Shown here piece after piece: positions 29,260 through 38,747 of a DNA stretch of 64,000 nt. Numbering within the stretch: position 1 is the first letter of the stretch; the number at the start of each line of letters is the position of its first letter. The notes beneath the pieces are model-generated. The model was not told where the DNA came from and did no database searches. It saw only the letters and a list, made by a program, of their open reading frames with translations. This stretch comes from an uncultured virus (IMG/VR IMGVR_UViG_3300019373_000270) (lineage: Duplodnaviria; Heunggongvirae; Uroviricota; Caudoviricetes): IMG/VR virus record IMGVR_UViG_3300019373_000270. The stretch is one strand, 5' to 3'. The position numbers and the translations under genes are program-made.

Positions 29260-29313
29260 CGGATCGTTTCTCATCGGAGAGAATGTATACAGGTTCGACT
29301 CCTGCCGATCCGA
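29260..29313 (+). ncRNA. 54-nt tRNA-like RNA lacking the anticodon arm
   Basis: Perfect acceptor CGGATCG/CGATCCG; D arm TCTC-ATCGGA-GAGA; 6-nt linker; T arm CAGG-TTCGACT-CCTG. Confidence 0.7.
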
Positions 29314-29345
29314 TTTTGATCTATAACTACGTTTTGGAGGAAGAA

Positions 29346-30233
29346 ATGTTTTTTAAAAAAAGAAAAAATATGATCAATGATATAAAGCTAAATATTTATA
29401 CTAAGGATACATTTCTTGATATTTATCCTGATAAAACAGTTTCTGACTGGGAAAAATGCTATAGGCCTTATAATATTGACAGATTTTTACTTCTGAATCT
29501 TTTTTCACTAGCTAAAAATTATGATTTTTCCGAAACATCAAAAATATCATTGTATACCATAGACGATGAATACATTAGCTGGTTAAAATCAAATTCATTG
29601 GAACACAATACAAACAACCTTCAAAAATATAATAATTCGATTTCTGAGCAAGATTGCATAAGGTTGTCACAAAAGAATAATTCTCTGGTTCAGATAGATG
29701 TGAAATTTTTGGAGATCGAGCTGAAAAATAAAAGTCAAACCGGTTTTTATAATGGCACTAAACTGAATAAAGATCAGATCGCTGCTTTATCATCATTCCT
29801 ATCAGATAATTACGAAACTTCAAGTATTTATCTGCCGGGATATATTATACCTAAAGATAATGTAATAAATGAGATGCCTAAGATACGAAATATTGGGATC
29901 GCTCATTTCATCGATGATATCGACGTCAGCATAGCATCTTACGAAAAATGTGTTGCTTCAGCCGAAAATACGTTCTCACTTTTTATCCCTTATGAAAATA
30001 CGTTCTCACTTTTTATCCCTTATTTTACGTGCAAGACTTTGCCTCCGATTTTGTCATGCAACAAAATATTCAAAAAGAAAGAACGTTCGGATACATGTAT
30101 TACTAACAAAAATCTATTTGATATAATGACAAAATATTTTTGTTATGAGGGAGACCTCGTTGTATCCAAACTCAATCTAATTCAACGATTTACCATGTAT
30201 GATAAGTATGTTTCGCTGTTTGATCAAAGCTGA
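29346..30233 (+). CDS. hypothetical protein
   Basis: GGAGG RBS; the ORF-track start at 29283 lies inside the tRNA-like element. Confidence 0.7.
   Translation: MFFKKRKNMINDIKLNIYTKDTFLDIYPDKTVSDWEKCYRPYNIDRFLLLNLFSLAKNYDFSETSKISLYTIDDEYISWLKSNSLEHNTNNLQKYNNSISEQDCIRLSQKNNSLVQIDVKFLEIELKNKSQTGFYNGTKLNKDQIAALSSFLSDNYETSSIYLPGYIIPKDNVINEMPKIRNIGIAHFIDDIDVSIASYEKCVASAENTFSLFIPYENTFSLFIPYFTCKTLPPILSCNKIFKKKERSDTCITNKNLFDIMTKYFCYEGDLVVSKLNLIQRFTMYDKYVSLFDQS
29964..30023 (+). repeat. exact 30-bp in-frame tandem duplication
   Basis: GAAAATACGTTCTCACTTTTTATCCCTTAT twice (ENTFSLFIPY twice). Confidence 0.95.
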
Positions 30234-30272
30234 AACAAATCAAATAAAAAAACGAAAAAAGGAGTAATTTTT

Positions 30273-30560
30273 ATGGCACAAATCAAGGAAAACAAGTTTT
30301 TGAATCTGGAAGCTGTCGGAACTGTCGGTTTCAATAACGATACTGACAGCAAGAGTATCTCTGTAAGAATATCTTCCAATTCCGAAAATGCAGACGAAGA
30401 ACTTAACATGTTTGAAGCTGCTGTTCAGGGTTATTTTATGAAGATACTTCCTGCGATAGTTCCTGAGCAGAGAAAGAAAGCTGTTATGCAGTACATTGAA
30501 AGAACAAGAACAATGCTTATCAATAGCTTTGTTGAAGATGTGATCGAGGAGGAAAGATAA
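30273..30560 (+). CDS. hypothetical protein
   Basis: AAGGAG RBS. Confidence 0.75.
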   Translation: MAQIKENKFLNLEAVGTVGFNNDTDSKSISVRISSNSENADEELNMFEAAVQGYFMKILPAIVPEQRKKAVMQYIERTRTMLINSFVEDVIEEER

Positions 30561-30561
30561 A

Positions 30562-30978
30562 ATGAATAGTATGATGAATTCGATAGAAGCAGCTGAGATA
30601 TCCGAAAAGGATTTTGAAGCATTGATAAAGAGCGCAAACACTCACAAACTGGCGATCAAAACATCTGCAGAAGCTGATTTTAACGAAAAGGAAGAAATGT
30701 CGGCTGAAGTCGAAGTAACAATGAGCCATAATGATATTACAAACAGTTTCTATCTTATGGAAGCGTTAACACTGAGAACTTTTGATAAGATCATAAAATT
30801 TGTTAAGCCGGAAATGAAATATGAATACATTTCGGATCACTTAGACAGAATGAGAACTTATCTTATGTCTCAGATCGAGAACTTAGAAGAGAAAGAGACT
30901 CTTCCGCTGAACTTTGATACTCCGGATAATATGAAGGAAGCAATAGGGAGTATAATGGAAAGGTTTGGTGAACGATGA
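30562..30978 (+). CDS. hypothetical protein (paralogue of 30273-30560)
   Basis: GAGGAGG RBS. Confidence 0.75.
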   Translation: MNSMMNSIEAAEISEKDFEALIKSANTHKLAIKTSAEADFNEKEEMSAEVEVTMSHNDITNSFYLMEALTLRTFDKIIKFVKPEMKYEYISDHLDRMRTYLMSQIENLEEKETLPLNFDTPDNMKEAIGSIMERFGER

Positions 30979-31301
30979 ACGAAAGAAGAGATCTTTTAGC
31001 TAATCCGGAACTTATTTTTTCCTCAAAATCAGACATTCACACCAGGCTGAGAAACGGACTGGAAGAGGTATATCTTTTTGACGGATCGATAAACTCAAGC
31101 ATTTCTCAGATATTCGACATACGAAATTATTTACTGTCATTAAAACAAATGATCTGTGATATCAGCCTTACTGTTCGTTTATCAGAATTCTATATTCTTA
31201 TTTTTCCTATGTTATTCAATGCAGCTCCCGGTAGCTACAACAGATTTTCCCCGACCAATATCAAGTATTCCTATTATGCCAGAAAAGCGATAGGAAGGTA
31301 A
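30975..31301 (+). CDS. hypothetical protein
   Basis: ATGA overlap; terminator at 31307-31334. Confidence 0.6.
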   Translation: MNERRDLLANPELIFSSKSDIHTRLRNGLEEVYLFDGSINSSISQIFDIRNYLLSLKQMICDISLTVRLSEFYILIFPMLFNAAPGSYNRFSPTNIKYSYYARKAIGR

Positions 31302-31340
31302 ATGTTATCCCCGATTTTTTATCGGGGATTTTTTGTTTAT

Positions 31341-31399
31341 TTTTATCTGATTGAATTTTCGTATATAATCAGTAATGAGAGCGATATTGATGGCTGGAG
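31341..31399 (+). promoter_or_regulatory. element-type promoter plus leader box for ssb
   Basis: TTTTAT-17-TATAAT(31364); TGATGGCTGGAG at 31388. Confidence 0.7.
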
Positions 31400-31486
31400 A
31401 AGTGTTGGATCAAGAAAATACACTTATAACCACTTATCGAACTCATATACGAATTTTTAATATTATACTCAAGGAGGAAAAACATT

Positions 31487-31936
31487 ATGGCGTTAAATTT
31501 AATGACAATTATGGGAAGAATTACAAAGGATCTTGAAATGAGACAGGTCAACGGCGGCAACGCTGCTGTAAATTTTACAGTAGCGGTGGACAGAAACTAT
31601 AAGAATAAAGACGGCTCTACTACAACCGACTTTGTTCCTTGTCAGGCATATGGCAAGACGGCAGAGTTTATCTGCAAGTACTTCGGTAAAGGCAGAATGA
31701 TAAACTGTGTGGGTTCTTTCAGGAGCAACCCTTACACCGACAAAAACGGCGAAAGCAGAACAATCTACTGTATGCAGGTAGAGACTGCGAATTTCACAGG
31801 TGAGCCGAAGAAGGATTCCCCACAGGAAAATCCCACAGCACCGGCACCCTCGGGTAATACTGAATACCCTCCGCTCGGAGATTTCAGCAGCTTTGAGGAC
31901 TTCGGCAGTTTTGATGCCGGAGAAGATATATTCTAA
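31487..31936 (+). CDS. ssb: single-stranded DNA-binding protein
   Basis: GRITKDLE, FTVAVDR, TDFVPC.AYGKTAE, KG; acidic C-terminus EDIF. Confidence 0.95.
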   Translation: MALNLMTIMGRITKDLEMRQVNGGNAAVNFTVAVDRNYKNKDGSTTTDFVPCQAYGKTAEFICKYFGKGRMINCVGSFRSNPYTDKNGESRTIYCMQVETANFTGEPKKDSPQENPTAPAPSGNTEYPPLGDFSSFEDFGSFDAGEDIF

Positions 31937-32019
31937 CTCTAAAAGATCCAACGAAAGAGCTGTCATTGTGATAGCTCTTTTTTTTGCGATTTTTTTTAAT
32001 CATTAGGAGGAATTAACTT

Positions 32020-32361
32020 ATGAACGATTACACATTCACGTTTTCATTAATACAGGGTGTATTAGCAGCCGGAGAAAATTTTGGCGGCAACGTCGGAGCT
32101 TATGCAAGTTACGATGAACATCATAAATACTCTGACGACAATCCCGATGCTATCGATTTCTATGTCGATAGACTTAGAATAGCAAGAATGCAGAGAATGG
32201 ACGAAACAACTTATGAACTGATATATAAGGCAGCTAATCCGTTGGCTGTTGTTTCAGAAGATATGCTTTCCGTTTCTGAACGTGCAAACATCACCAGAGT
32301 GTGCAAAGAACTCATGGGGTGTGATGTTGTCGAATCGGATAAAAGAATCTATATTAATTAA
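32020..32361 (+). CDS. hypothetical protein
   Basis: AGGAGG RBS. Confidence 0.75.
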   Translation: MNDYTFTFSLIQGVLAAGENFGGNVGAYASYDEHHKYSDDNPDAIDFYVDRLRIARMQRMDETTYELIYKAANPLAVVSEDMLSVSERANITRVCKELMGCDVVESDKRIYIN

Positions 32362-32376
32362 AAAGGAGAATAACAT

Positions 32377-32748
32377 ATGGGAAGAAAGTCGAAAAGGCAA
32401 TTAGCCAAAGAAGAATACGAAAAGTACGAAACTGAGTGGCTGAAAAGTCACGATGAAAATACTGTAAACAAAAAGTATGCAACGAAGGTTATTTTACATT
32501 GCAGAGAGGAATTGCAAATAGAGGATACATCAAATTATTTTATAGCAAGCCTTCTTGCCGGTGCCTTGTACTCAAAAAACGAGGGGACTGATTTTTATAA
32601 AGGCGATCTGCTTCGATTGTATGAAGTCATGCCGAAAGATAAAGTGGACACTTATGTTTACGGCAAATTTGAAAACGATTATGACCGAATGGCAGCAAAC
32701 TTCAAGTATAATGAACTTGAATATGTAAATAAATATCGTTTCAAATAA
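32377..32748 (+). CDS. hypothetical protein
   Basis: AAGGAG RBS; terminator at 32772-32796. Confidence 0.75.
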   Translation: MGRKSKRQLAKEEYEKYETEWLKSHDENTVNKKYATKVILHCREELQIEDTSNYFIASLLAGALYSKNEGTDFYKGDLLRLYEVMPKDKVDTYVYGKFENDYDRMAANFKYNELEYVNKYRFK

Positions 32749-32865
32749 ATGTTTCTTGATCCTTGATGTTACGACCTGCTCCGGCAGGTCTTTTTTATTT
32801 ATATATAATTTTTTATCGACTAAAAAAACGTATATAATTATAATATAAGTATTCGAAAAGGAGAT

Positions 32866-34776
32866 ATGATCATGGCTAATAAGAAAAGAAATCCTGCTAA
32901 AAGGGTAAAACGGGAACGAAATATTGAATTTGATTTTTCAATAAATGACATTTACATGAAAATGATAGATGATTTTATTGAAAACTTCGTCGTTCCTCAG
33001 TTAAATAATAAGCATAAGTTCCCCGATTTTTATTCCATAAAAAAGAATTATTTATTTAAAGGGAAACATAAAATAGGAAATGTCGATTGCTATTTAGAAA
33101 CTACGTTGTCATACATGAATATGATATTGTCAGGAAAAAACGAAGGGTCGGCACAGATTGAAAACAGGATAGAAAACATATGTACTGTTTTGTGTAAAGA
33201 TAAGAAACTCTCGGAAAGAACTCTTGCTGATGAATTATTAGATCAACTTCCATGGCTGGGAGTTTACCGTTTCGGCCGACTGGATCCGATGGATAATATA
33301 TTTATGGGGAATTCAATAACATTGTTTGCGCTCCTGAGGATATTGTCTGACAAAAACTATATAGATTATTGCAAATATCTGTATTTACTACTGGCATTTT
33401 TTACTGTCAACAAAAATAATCTTTCATCTGTGATTGCCTTTTCAAAAAGAGAAGGGAAAAATCTTTCTGATATGCCTGAAATTCTTTATATGGAAAGTGC
33501 TTTTTATGTTTTCATTGATTTTACTGAGTTTTTCATCACTCAGGCAAGAGATAAAAAGTTCATATCTGATGAAGAATATACTCATCTGCATAACGGGATG
33601 ATAGAAGAATTCGGTGCTGATACTTACATGTATTCCGAAGATACACTCGAAGATTTTATTATTAATAATTATGCTGGAAAGGCAAATTATTCTCGATTTG
33701 ATTATAGTGATGAATATCTTAAAAATAAAAATACGGATTTTATTTTTATGGACAGGCTTTTTGATGACTCTGCTATTTCAGGGGAATACGTTTGTAACAT
33801 CAAAAGAGATCTCAATCGAATTGAATATTCGCTTGAAGACAAGGACGACAAACGATATAGTTTTTCTTTTAAGATAAATAAGGACCTTCCTGTGAGTAAA
33901 GAGATTGAAAGCTATTCAAAGAAGATCAGCTATATGAATATCGTTCTGAGTGATTTGGATGACGCTAATAAAGAATCTTTGTCTACAGCATATATAAGCA
34001 ATTTAAAACTCATAATGACATTTTTCAAATATAATAAATTTACCATGACGTTATTTGACAGAAATAAAAAGCTCGAAGAGTCGATACAGAAAGAAAAAGA
34101 AAGAACCGAGAAATACAGATCTTATTCCAGAGAACTCAAGCAGAAAATTACTTCTGTTCAAAAACAGATGGATGAATATGATGAGAACAGGCTGGTTAAA
34201 TTACAGTCAGAGATAAATAAAAAAACATCCGAAGTAAGTAAGCTGACATCTTCACTTTCCGAACTCAGACAAGAATTTGACCGCAAAAATGATAAAGATG
34301 ATAAAATAAAAGAAAAAATAAGGTCACTCAGCGAAGAAAACATAAAGCTGCGAGAAAAAATACTTGAACTTGAAAATAGACTAAGAAAAAATACCAGGGC
34401 AACTGAAAATGAAGCATCAGCTCTGCCGGAAACTAAGGAAAGGTCTGATACTGAAGAACTATACTCAGAGGAGAATCTAAAGATCGCTCGTGAAGTTAGA
34501 TTTGCATTTTTTGTACCGAAGTCATATGATACAGCTAAACTGAAGAAATTATTTTCGACTTCTAAATTTTTCTGTGTGGAAGAAAGAGGTTTTACTATTG
34601 GCAGCTCTACTGATGCTGTTGTACATTGTATTAAATTCAATAGCCATGCAACTACGTTCAAGATCGATAAACAATGCAGAGAACTCCGTATCCCATGTAT
34701 AAGAGTTAATTCGCTGGGCATTGACAGATTTTTCAGAGAAACGATAGAAGGATACAAGAAAACCATTGATGTATAA
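32866..34776 (+). CDS. coiled-coil protein with C-terminal DUF2325-like domain
   Basis: Long heptad region, then DAVVHCIKFNSH....K..C....IP. Confidence 0.65.
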   Translation: MIMANKKRNPAKRVKRERNIEFDFSINDIYMKMIDDFIENFVVPQLNNKHKFPDFYSIKKNYLFKGKHKIGNVDCYLETTLSYMNMILSGKNEGSAQIENRIENICTVLCKDKKLSERTLADELLDQLPWLGVYRFGRLDPMDNIFMGNSITLFALLRILSDKNYIDYCKYLYLLLAFFTVNKNNLSSVIAFSKREGKNLSDMPEILYMESAFYVFIDFTEFFITQARDKKFISDEEYTHLHNGMIEEFGADTYMYSEDTLEDFIINNYAGKANYSRFDYSDEYLKNKNTDFIFMDRLFDDSAISGEYVCNIKRDLNRIEYSLEDKDDKRYSFSFKINKDLPVSKEIESYSKKISYMNIVLSDLDDANKESLSTAYISNLKLIMTFFKYNKFTMTLFDRNKKLEESIQKEKERTEKYRSYSRELKQKITSVQKQMDEYDENRLVKLQSEINKKTSEVSKLTSSLSELRQEFDRKNDKDDKIKEKIRSLSEENIKLREKILELENRLRKNTRATENEASALPETKERSDTEELYSEENLKIAREVRFAFFVPKSYDTAKLKKLFSTSKFFCVEERGFTIGSSTDAVVHCIKFNSHATTFKIDKQCRELRIPCIRVNSLGIDRFFRETIEGYKKTIDV

Positions 34777-34880
34777 CTGAAAGTGAAAACGAGGAAATCG
34801 AACGTGAATTTCCTCGTTTCTATTTACTTGAATTTTCAGCTATAATAATACAAACGGTTTATTTTGAAAGGAGTTTGGTT

Positions 34881-36035
34881 ATGAACAAAAGAATACTTAT
34901 AATTTTGTCGTCAGTAATTACATTAATGTCTTTCACTTCTTGTGAAGTAGACTCTAAGGATGTTATCGATCAGAAGTATTCCGTAGAGGCTGTAAATCTT
35001 ACGAAAAACACGGCTGTAACAGGAGTGGATTTTTATGTTCCTGATGAGCATCTAAATTCCGATGATAAAGAGATAGTAAGTAATGATAATGAATACTACC
35101 TCAAGGATAAGAGTTTTATCATGAAAGTAAAAAGGATATCGGATCTTCCCGATAGCGATGATACAGCTGTTTTATCGTCTTTCTTTTCACAGCAATTTTC
35201 GGAAAATATTACTGTTCAGAAAGAAATAAGTGAAGATAAAATGAAATGTACAGCAAAAATAGACGAAGAAGAAAAATATGGATATATTAAGACTGTAAAT
35301 GATGAATATGCCATAATATGTGTATGTAAAGATGAGAATACAGCTGAAACTATTGCGGATAGCTTGAAAGAGTCTAAGACTAAACGGAAATCGACCGCAA
35401 AAACTGAGATCATAAATGTTGACAGCGATATTGCTGCTTATGTAAACGGAGTTGAAGTCGGTTCCGCAGTATCTTTAAAGGATATACAAAACGACTTTTC
35501 TCAAATGGGGGCAAATTTCGATAAAATGAAAGATGAACTATCAGACATAAACGGTTCATCAATTGAGGATATAAATCATAAAGTTGTGATGCAGTTTAAT
35601 GCTGTTGATTCAGCCGGCAGGGAAGTACAGCAGGCTTATCTTACATCGGTTACGGCTTACAGAAGTGCAGTTGATCAGTATAACGTTGCATTGAGTAACG
35701 GGATTGATCTCAATTCCACAAAAGAAGAGATCAGGAAAGCTCTGAATGTAGATCTGTCACCGGAATGGGAAAAAATCGTTATAAATAATCAAAGTAAGAC
35801 TTCAGGCATAAGGCAGATAATAATAGAGTACAATAACGAAAAAGACGGAATCGAAGCGATAATAATCAATGATACAGAACAAGTAAAAGATGAAGTAGCC
35901 GGCAGGGAAGCTGTGAGAGATGAAGCCCAAAAAAATATTGAACAAGAGCCGACTGAAATACCGGAAGGAACTTTTGGAGATAGTCCCGAGAAAGAAGTCT
36001 CCCCTGAACTTGGGTTGCAAGGGATAAGCAAGTAA
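34881..36035 (+). CDS. lipoprotein
   Basis: MNKRILIILSSVITLMSFTS-C lipobox. Confidence 0.75.
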   Translation: MNKRILIILSSVITLMSFTSCEVDSKDVIDQKYSVEAVNLTKNTAVTGVDFYVPDEHLNSDDKEIVSNDNEYYLKDKSFIMKVKRISDLPDSDDTAVLSSFFSQQFSENITVQKEISEDKMKCTAKIDEEEKYGYIKTVNDEYAIICVCKDENTAETIADSLKESKTKRKSTAKTEIINVDSDIAAYVNGVEVGSAVSLKDIQNDFSQMGANFDKMKDELSDINGSSIEDINHKVVMQFNAVDSAGREVQQAYLTSVTAYRSAVDQYNVALSNGIDLNSTKEEIRKALNVDLSPEWEKIVINNQSKTSGIRQIIIEYNNEKDGIEAIIINDTEQVKDEVAGREAVRDEAQKNIEQEPTEIPEGTFGDSPEKEVSPELGLQGISK

Positions 36036-36064
36036 AAAAGACCGCACTTATGTGCGGCCTTTTT
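36035..36064. terminator. bidirectional intrinsic terminator
   Basis: AAAAAGACCGCAC-TTAT-GTGCGGCCTTTTT. Confidence 0.75.
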
Positions 36065-36072
36065 GATATTAA

Positions 36073-37092
36073 TTATTCATCTTCATCACTCTTGCTTTGA
36101 CCTTCTGAGAAAAAATCCGCAATCTCCCGGAGCTTATGAGAATCATCAAGAATGTTATCACCGATCTCATCACAGAAATCACATGCATCCTCTGTCGATA
36201 CTGAAACCATATTCCATTCTTCCTTCAGACGGGCGAGCGAAGATGCTCTCTGACCGTAAGTCTGCAGCTTGGGGTCACGTGATATAAGCAATTCTCCGTT
36301 TTTTGCGTACTTGCCGACAATAAAAGCAGAAATCTTTTTGCCTTTATTTAATCTCACATACAGACCGTATGTGTTCATTAAATTAGCGATCTGGCTGTCG
36401 CTGTACTTTATACCGTTGATGAAGCCGTACTTGTGCTGAAGTACGAATCTTTCGGCGGCAGGAAGCTTGTCAAGTGCTTTTTCAACGTCAGATTTCATGT
36501 ACTGCTGATCAACATATTCGTCACAGTTTGCAGTCAGATCAGGTATAGCGTAGTTGAAATTAACATCGTCGATAGACTGTGCGTCGTTCTGACGGCTGCC
36601 CATGATACAGCGTTCAATGGTGGTAGTAGGTATATCTTCTCCTCTGGAAACGAGGATGAACGAACGGATCTCTTCCGAACTTGGACAGTAATTACCGCCC
36701 TTTGTAGCCTGGATCTCTGATATAGCCGTCTTAACCTTCTTTTCGTTTATCAAGTAGTGGTTAGAACTGTTACTGCTTGATCTATTTATCTCATCAAGTA
36801 TTGCTGCTCTGATCTGAGACACAGCATAGGTATGGAATTGCGCACCGCTTGCGGGGTTGTAGCGCTTGGCTGCGAAGAAAATACCACAGCGGCCTGCCTG
36901 CACCAGCTCATCCCATGTTGTCTTCTTATTGGCAGAGAAATGCTTCAATGTGGAAGCGATAAGACCGATGTTCTTTTCCAGCAGAACAGTTATCGCAAGC
37001 TCTTTCTCATGCGCAGTATATCTCTCATTTGCGTTCTGATAAATTTCTACAAGATCTTCGTTACTATAAGACCTTATCTCTTCCTTTGTCAT
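36073..37092 (-). CDS. divergent sigma70-family RNA polymerase sigma factor
   Basis: Region 2: NIGLI...DELVQAG..G...AAKRYNP..GAQFHTYA...IR..I; region 4: ALDKLPAAERFVL..KYG. Confidence 0.88.
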   Translation of the reverse strand: MTKEEIRSYSNEDLVEIYQNANERYTAHEKELAITVLLEKNIGLIASTLKHFSANKKTTWDELVQAGRCGIFFAAKRYNPASGAQFHTYAVSQIRAAILDEINRSSSNSSNHYLINEKKVKTAISEIQATKGGNYCPSSEEIRSFILVSRGEDIPTTTIERCIMGSRQNDAQSIDDVNFNYAIPDLTANCDEYVDQQYMKSDVEKALDKLPAAERFVLQHKYGFINGIKYSDSQIANLMNTYGLYVRLNKGKKISAFIVGKYAKNGELLISRDPKLQTYGQRASSLARLKEEWNMVSVSTEDACDFCDEIGDNILDDSHKLREIADFFSEGQSKSDEDE

Positions 37093-37118
37093 AATTATAC
37101 TCTCTCCTTTTCTTTTTG

Positions 37119-37385
37119 TTATTTACGAACCTTTAAATAATCAGTCACTCTTGGAATCATGCCGCCTAATTCTGCAAGCAGAATATAAGACGACAGTTCT
37201 ATCTTATTTTTAGCCTCCTCAATACAATTGAGAATCGGTAATACTTGCGACTCAGGGACGGCTATTTTGGTCAATGACACAAAATCATTGAATATATCTA
37301 CTGTATTTTTTTCTGACATATCATAGCTCAATGCAAATACAGTAAATGCATCAGCAGTGTAATCATCGAACAAACGTTTCACCAC
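37119..37385 (-). CDS. small hypothetical protein upstream of the sigma gene
   Basis: 88-aa ORF between the sigmaA promoter and the sigma gene. Confidence 0.5.
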   Translation of the reverse strand: MVKRLFDDYTADAFTVFALSYDMSEKNTVDIFNDFVSLTKIAVPESQVLPILNCIEEAKNKIELSSYILLAELGGMIPRVTDYLKVRK

Positions 37386-37417
37386 CCAATTATATTTTTT
37401 TCTTCTTCGACAATTTA

Positions 37418-37446
37418 ATTATAACATATTTTTTTTAAAAATTCAA
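37418..37446 (-). promoter_or_regulatory. canonical extended sigmaA promoter for the sigma-factor operon
   Basis: Minus strand TTGAAT-17-TATAAT with TGn extension. Confidence 0.7.
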
Positions 37447-37572
37447 GAGTTGAAGCAAAAAAAATTTTTATATAATATAAATTTCAAAAAAAATAGTACT
37501 CAATATTTTCGAGTTCCTCTTTTTTTAGTTTTGAAAAATAATCTGTTATAATTATATAAATAACAAAAGGAG

Positions 37573-38730
37573 ATGTTGTATTTGTCGAAAATACAAAAAG
37601 TATTTTGCGTTAATTGCGGCAATAAATTTGAATGCCGTGAGGATAGATTCCCGGTGTGCAAGTGCGGTCATACCATACCGCTGTTTGATAACGAAATGCG
37701 CTATGTTAAAATTGACTGTTCTGATGATGATTACGACTCGGATGCTTTTTATAATACTCAATCCGAGCTGATAATTTACGACAACGGAAGCGAAACTAAA
37801 ATCAATGAAAACGACTATATCACCCTTATAAATACTCTTCCGGAACTTAAATTTTACCGAGAAGATGACGTTTGCAGCCTGCTTCTTGCAGATCTGCCAT
37901 TCGACAGGGAAAAACTACAGGATTATACTGCTGCTGAGATATATCTTCATCATATATTCTGCGAAAGATCAACGGTTTATAACTGTCTTTTCGGGATGGG
38001 TGAAACAGAAGCTGCCAAAGCTATGATCCACAACAAAATTCTAATGAACTTTAATAATAAAGCTCAGGAAATATATTTTAGAGAAACCATCACTGTTTAT
38101 CTCGAAGAAAAAACAGGAGTGACTATGATCATAGCAATAGAATGTTGTTTAAACCGATACGATGTTGCCTTTTGCGATACTTTGTCAGGCGCTGAATTAT
38201 CTGTACACGACTTTAAAACTCTTGTCAGAGACACGGGTTTTGACAAGGATACGCTGTGCAGATATTTAAAGGAAACGTCAAGCGTTTTTATTAAAGGTGA
38301 AGATGCAATAAAGATGATAAAAGAATATGATTTTCTAAAAAAAGAGCATAAGTTACTATCTGTAAGTTTTGATGAAAATAACCCTGTTTATCACAACCAC
38401 CATCTTGCATCGATATCTTATAATATCTATTTAAAAAACGGATTACTGGAATACCGTAAGTATTGCAGTAAGTACAGGAGGACTTATGATGCGATGCAAA
38501 TAGATGATTATAACATCAAGCTGCTTAATGGCAAGGAAATAACCGAGCTTCCCGCAGGTATACTTCCAAATGGTACAACAGCCCCGGCAATAGGTGTTTA
38601 TGATAACAACACACTTGTATCACTGCTTGCCAATTCTAATAATCATATTTACATCAAAGGAGATCAAAGCGATAAGGTCAAAAAAGCTGTCAATAAGTTT
38701 TTAGACTCGACAGATGGGATAAACATTTAA
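37573..38730 (+). CDS. hypothetical protein with N-terminal Zn ribbon
   Basis: CVNC...CKC; AAGGAG RBS. Confidence 0.75.
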   Translation: MLYLSKIQKVFCVNCGNKFECREDRFPVCKCGHTIPLFDNEMRYVKIDCSDDDYDSDAFYNTQSELIIYDNGSETKINENDYITLINTLPELKFYREDDVCSLLLADLPFDREKLQDYTAAEIYLHHIFCERSTVYNCLFGMGETEAAKAMIHNKILMNFNNKAQEIYFRETITVYLEEKTGVTMIIAIECCLNRYDVAFCDTLSGAELSVHDFKTLVRDTGFDKDTLCRYLKETSSVFIKGEDAIKMIKEYDFLKKEHKLLSVSFDENNPVYHNHHLASISYNIYLKNGLLEYRKYCSKYRRTYDAMQIDDYNIKLLNGKEITELPAGILPNGTTAPAIGVYDNNTLVSLLANSNNHIYIKGDQSDKVKKAVNKFLDSTDGINI

Positions 38731-38747
38731 AGAAAGAGGTACAAAAA

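Noticed and set aside
29121..29313. Calling these canonical tRNA genes
   Set aside because: No 5-bp stem with 7-nt anticodon loop, so no anticodon can be assigned.
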